A stretch of DNA of 61,696 nt, the filler included, from Porpidia crustulata (lineage: Eukaryota): NCBI GenBank assembly GCA_964255105.1. It is 4 parts of 4 records of this genome, joined end to end, with 100 filler letters (N's around TTAATTAATTAA, not from the genome) between each part and the next. Parts side by side here need not be neighbours in the genome. Positions count along the whole stretch, not along the records: positions 46,383 to 61,696 come from CAXUWE010000321.1; 3 more parts are not named here. One strand, given 5' to 3'. The notes beneath the pieces are model-generated. The model was not told the DNA's origin, did not search any database, and was given only the letters and a program-made list of their open reading frames with translations. Of this stretch, positions 58,427-61,696 are shown one piece after another (the first letter of the stretch is position 1; each line of letters starts with the position of its first letter). The position numbers were made by a program, and so were the translations under genes.

Positions 58427-61140
58427 ATGACCGATTCATCTCCTGGGTATGAGCGTAATGTTGAAGGCGAATCGTCCTCCTCGAGCCACTTCTATCCTAC
58501 GGCGACCGGAAACGAGGACGGCGGCGACAATTCTAGGCATCAGGACGTTGACACTACCTTATTAGAAGATGATCATTTGGGGGATATATCACAGGCGCAG
58601 TTAGTCTTCTCGTAGCTATGCGAATATTAAGCTTAGCTAAAAGTTCTAGGATAAGCTTCAAAAGAAAGCGCAAACCCCCGTCCGGACTGTCTCTACCAAA
58701 ATTCCTATCTCGGAGTTCCGCTACTGGCACACAGACCTACCCAAGCCTGCCTCTCCCTACTGCGCGAAGCCGCAGACTGCGAGAGCAGTCCTCTAATAAT
58801 GACTCCAATGTGCCTTTACCCAGAGCCAATGGCTTTGCAAATGAGGGAGTCCCAATTAATGACAGCAAAGACAGCGGTCAACTGGACTGGTATCTGGAAG
58901 GACCCGGCCGCCGAGTTGGCTACGATGATCTCACTGCTATCGACTGGATATTTGAGTACACAAAGGAGCGTCAGCGTTTACGCTTACTCTATTCCCGAGC
59001 TACAAGTATCTTTGGGACCGCTCAACAGATGCTCGATGCTAGCCAAGTCTGGCTTGTGCTTATAGCTGCTGGCTTAGCTTCTGGCGTGCTCGCTGCCTTT
59101 ATTGATGTAGCAAGCGACTGGCTCGGGGACTTAAAGACAGGGTACTGCAGTCCTGGAGCAGGTGGTGGACAATTTTACTTGAGCAAATACTTTTGTTGTT
59201 GGGGGCACGAAGAGTTGGCCCAATGTCAGGGCTGGACATCATGGAGCAGTACTCTCCATGTAGGTTCCACAGCAGGGCAGTACATTGTGGAGTATATCTT
59301 CTTCGTCTTGTACTCGGTCCTCTTTGCAGTCTGCGCCTCAAGACTTGTCAAGACTTATGCGATATACGCCAGGCACAGCGGGATTCCAGAAATCAAAACA
59401 ATTCTTGGCGGTTTCATTATCCGCCGGTTCATGGGATTCTGGACGTTAGTAATAAAATCCCTTGGTCTGTGTCTCGCAGTAGCGTCTGGCCTTTGGCTTG
59501 GAAAAGAAGGCCCGCTGGTGCACGTTGCTTGCTGCTGTGCGAACCTGTTGATGAAGCTATCGCCGAGTTTGAATGGTAATGAGGCTCGCAAGCGCGAGGT
59601 GTTGTCTGCTGCCGCAGCGGCTGGTATTTCAGTAGCCTTCGGTTCACCTATCGGAGGTGTTTTGTTCAGTCTGGAACAACTGTCATACTACTTCCCAGAT
59701 AAAACGATGTGGCAGAGCTTTGTGTGTGCCATGGTAGCTGCTGTCACGCTGCAAACTTTCGACCCGTTTCGCACTGGAAAGCTCGTTTTATATCAGGTCA
59801 AATACAGTAGCGGCTGGCACGGTTTTGAGATGGCCCCATTTGCGCTACTTGGCATCATTGGAGGTCTCTATGGTGGGCTTTTTATCAAATTGAATATGAA
59901 AGTAGCACGGTGGCGAAAAGCTTCTGGCTGGGCAGAGGCCCCAATTCTGGAGGTTTTGGCTGTGGCTGTCTGCACTGCAATCATCAATTTCCCAAATAAA
60001 TTTATGAGGGCCCAGTCTTCCGAGCTGGTATACATGCTCTTTGCAGAGTGTGCCACTGTTACGGATGACCTCTTCGGCATTTGCAAAACTGGAGCTGCAT
60101 CCGCTGGGGTTATTGCGCTTCTTCTTGAGGCGGCTGCGATGGGCTTTGTATTCGCCTGTGTTACATTTGGGCTTCAAATACCGGCAGGTATAATCCTTCC
60201 ATCGATGGCTATTGGAGCACTTTATGGGAGAGCTCTGGGAATAATCGTGGAGATTTGGCAAGGAAACCATCCCGAAGCACTCATTTTCGCAGCCTGCGAA
60301 CCCGATATACCCTGCATCACGCCTGGCACGTATGCCATTATAGGCGCGGCATCTGCTCTCGGTGGCGTGACTAGAATGACGGTATCTATCGTTGTCATCA
60401 TGTTTGAGCTCACAGGTGCTCTGACCTATGTGTTACCAATAATGATTGCCGTCATGATTAGCAAGTGGGTAGGTGATGCATTTGGCAAAAGGGGTATCTA
60501 CGAGTCCTGGATTCACTTCAATGAGTACCCTTTCCTGGACAACAAAGATGATTCGCCAGTCCCTGATGTACCCGTGGCCCAGATTGTGACTCAGCTCGAA
60601 GATCTCGTTGTTCTCACGGCGATAGGCCACACACTCCAGTCCTTGCAAGATGTGCTCATGGCCCAGCCTTACCGAGGCTTTCCAGTTGTATCCGACGCGG
60701 CCCACAATATTCTCCTTGGCTACATCTCGCGCACAGAGTTGATGTTCGCCTTGAAAAGTGCGGCCGCAGAACCAAGGAATCTGCCCCCGTTGACGGAAGT
60801 CTATTTCTCGTACCAACCCGCCGCTGACCCACAGACAACGTTGGATCTTCGACCGTGGATGGATCAAACCCCGATCACGCTGAATGGCAAAAGTAGCCTG
60901 CAATTGACCGTGGACATGTTTCAGAAACTCGGCCTCCGCTATGTGCTTTTCTGCGATCGAGGAGCCCTTCAAGGTCTTCTAACAAAGAAGGATATGTGGT
61001 ATGTTTTGGGTAGCGCAGAGGATGAGCGCCCAAAAATTGGCGCTGGGGTTCTGCGAGAGGAGCAAAGGGGCGAGGCGAGGGGGCTGCTCAATACAGACGA
61101 TGACCGCTATAGTTTTGCTAGTCCAGTGGACGGACGATGA
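58427..61140 (+). CDS. CLC-family voltage-gated chloride channel/antiporter with CBS domains, 2 exons
   Basis: SGIPE, GKEGP, PIGGVLF, PAGIILP, GIYE and C-terminal CBS pair. First exon from ATG 58427 splices via a GTTAGT...TAG intron. Confidence 0.95.
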
Positions 61141-61696
61141 TGGAGCCCTTCACGATGCTACTGCTCAGGAATATAATTGTGGTGCCGACGACGGCGACGA
61201 TCAGTGTCGCGCGGTTCTCGGATCGGCTCAGTCCTATAAACCAACCATGTTGGTGCGACATCACTCAATCCGAGGCGTGCTGGCGGATGCCTAAGCTCAC
61301 CCAACACACAAGACTGAAAGCTCCAGGCGCTAGTCATGACTTCGTCATCGCTGTACCAAGGAATTTCTGCACAACGAATGTTCGCCGCTCCGTTCCGCTT
61401 CCTGACGGCAGGTACGAAATTCTACTCAAATAGAGCGGGTCCGCATAGAATTGTCTGATGCATGACCGGAACACTAGGCGGCTCAGCGACTTCGCGTACA
61501 CAGCAAGGGGGCGCTTTGCTCCGCGGATGGTCTGTCAAAGGAGGGTCGGATGTTTTATGGGTAAACGGAAAAGCGCAGCGTTGTAAGCTGCATCAGTCAG
61601 ACTAGGGTAGTATCCCTTGAGAGACGCTTTTCATACCGTTGCGATATCTCTGAATGACGCGCGTATGTAAATATAATATCTTAGAGGGTCCAGGGA

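Noticed and set aside
1..61696. tRNA, rRNA, CRISPR, riboswitch or transposase genes
   Set aside because: None recognised by eye. tRNAscan-SE and Rfam searches would be needed to exclude small RNAs.

Overview
Eukaryotic, intron-rich fungal DNA (filamentous ascomycete, Pezizomycotina-type splice signals). The window is not one locus. It is four contigs of 15,365, 15,362, 15,355 and 15,314 bp joined by an artificial 100-bp N44-TTAATTAATTAA-N44 linker, apparently in descending size order, so gene order across the gaps is meaningless. About 22 protein-coding genes are supported. Contig 1: CUE3/ASCC2-like (partial), RPS20, Nup42/Amo1-like, a T5orf172/Mug113 protein, ELYS-like and SMC4 (partial). 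Contig 2: NHA1, a Ser/Thr kinase, an F-box-like protein, Sus1/ENY2-like, a Zn-dependent ADH and a membrane protein (partial). Contig 3: a Trf4-like nucleotidyltransferase, an MFS transporter, RRT8/EI24-like, a secreted Ser/Thr-rich protein, an S1/P1 nuclease and a Pro/Glu/Ala-rich protein (partial). Contig 4: CTP synthase, a RING/RGG/RS protein, an alpha/beta hydrolase, a mitochondrial phosphate carrier and a CLC channel. Most notable observations: (1) the CTP synthase gene appears to need an AT-AC intron with U2-type signals, plus a GC-AG intron and 8- and 16-nt microexons; (2) two TA-flanked MITE-like elements on different contigs share CTCGT termini and carry internal (TTAGGG)n cores; (3) an 18-aa motif is duplicated in the secreted protein with 10 synonymous and 0 non-synonymous differences; (4) CUE3 is head-to-head with RPS20, the protein whose ubiquitinated form Cue3 recognises in yeast. 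All calls were made by eye, with no database searches.
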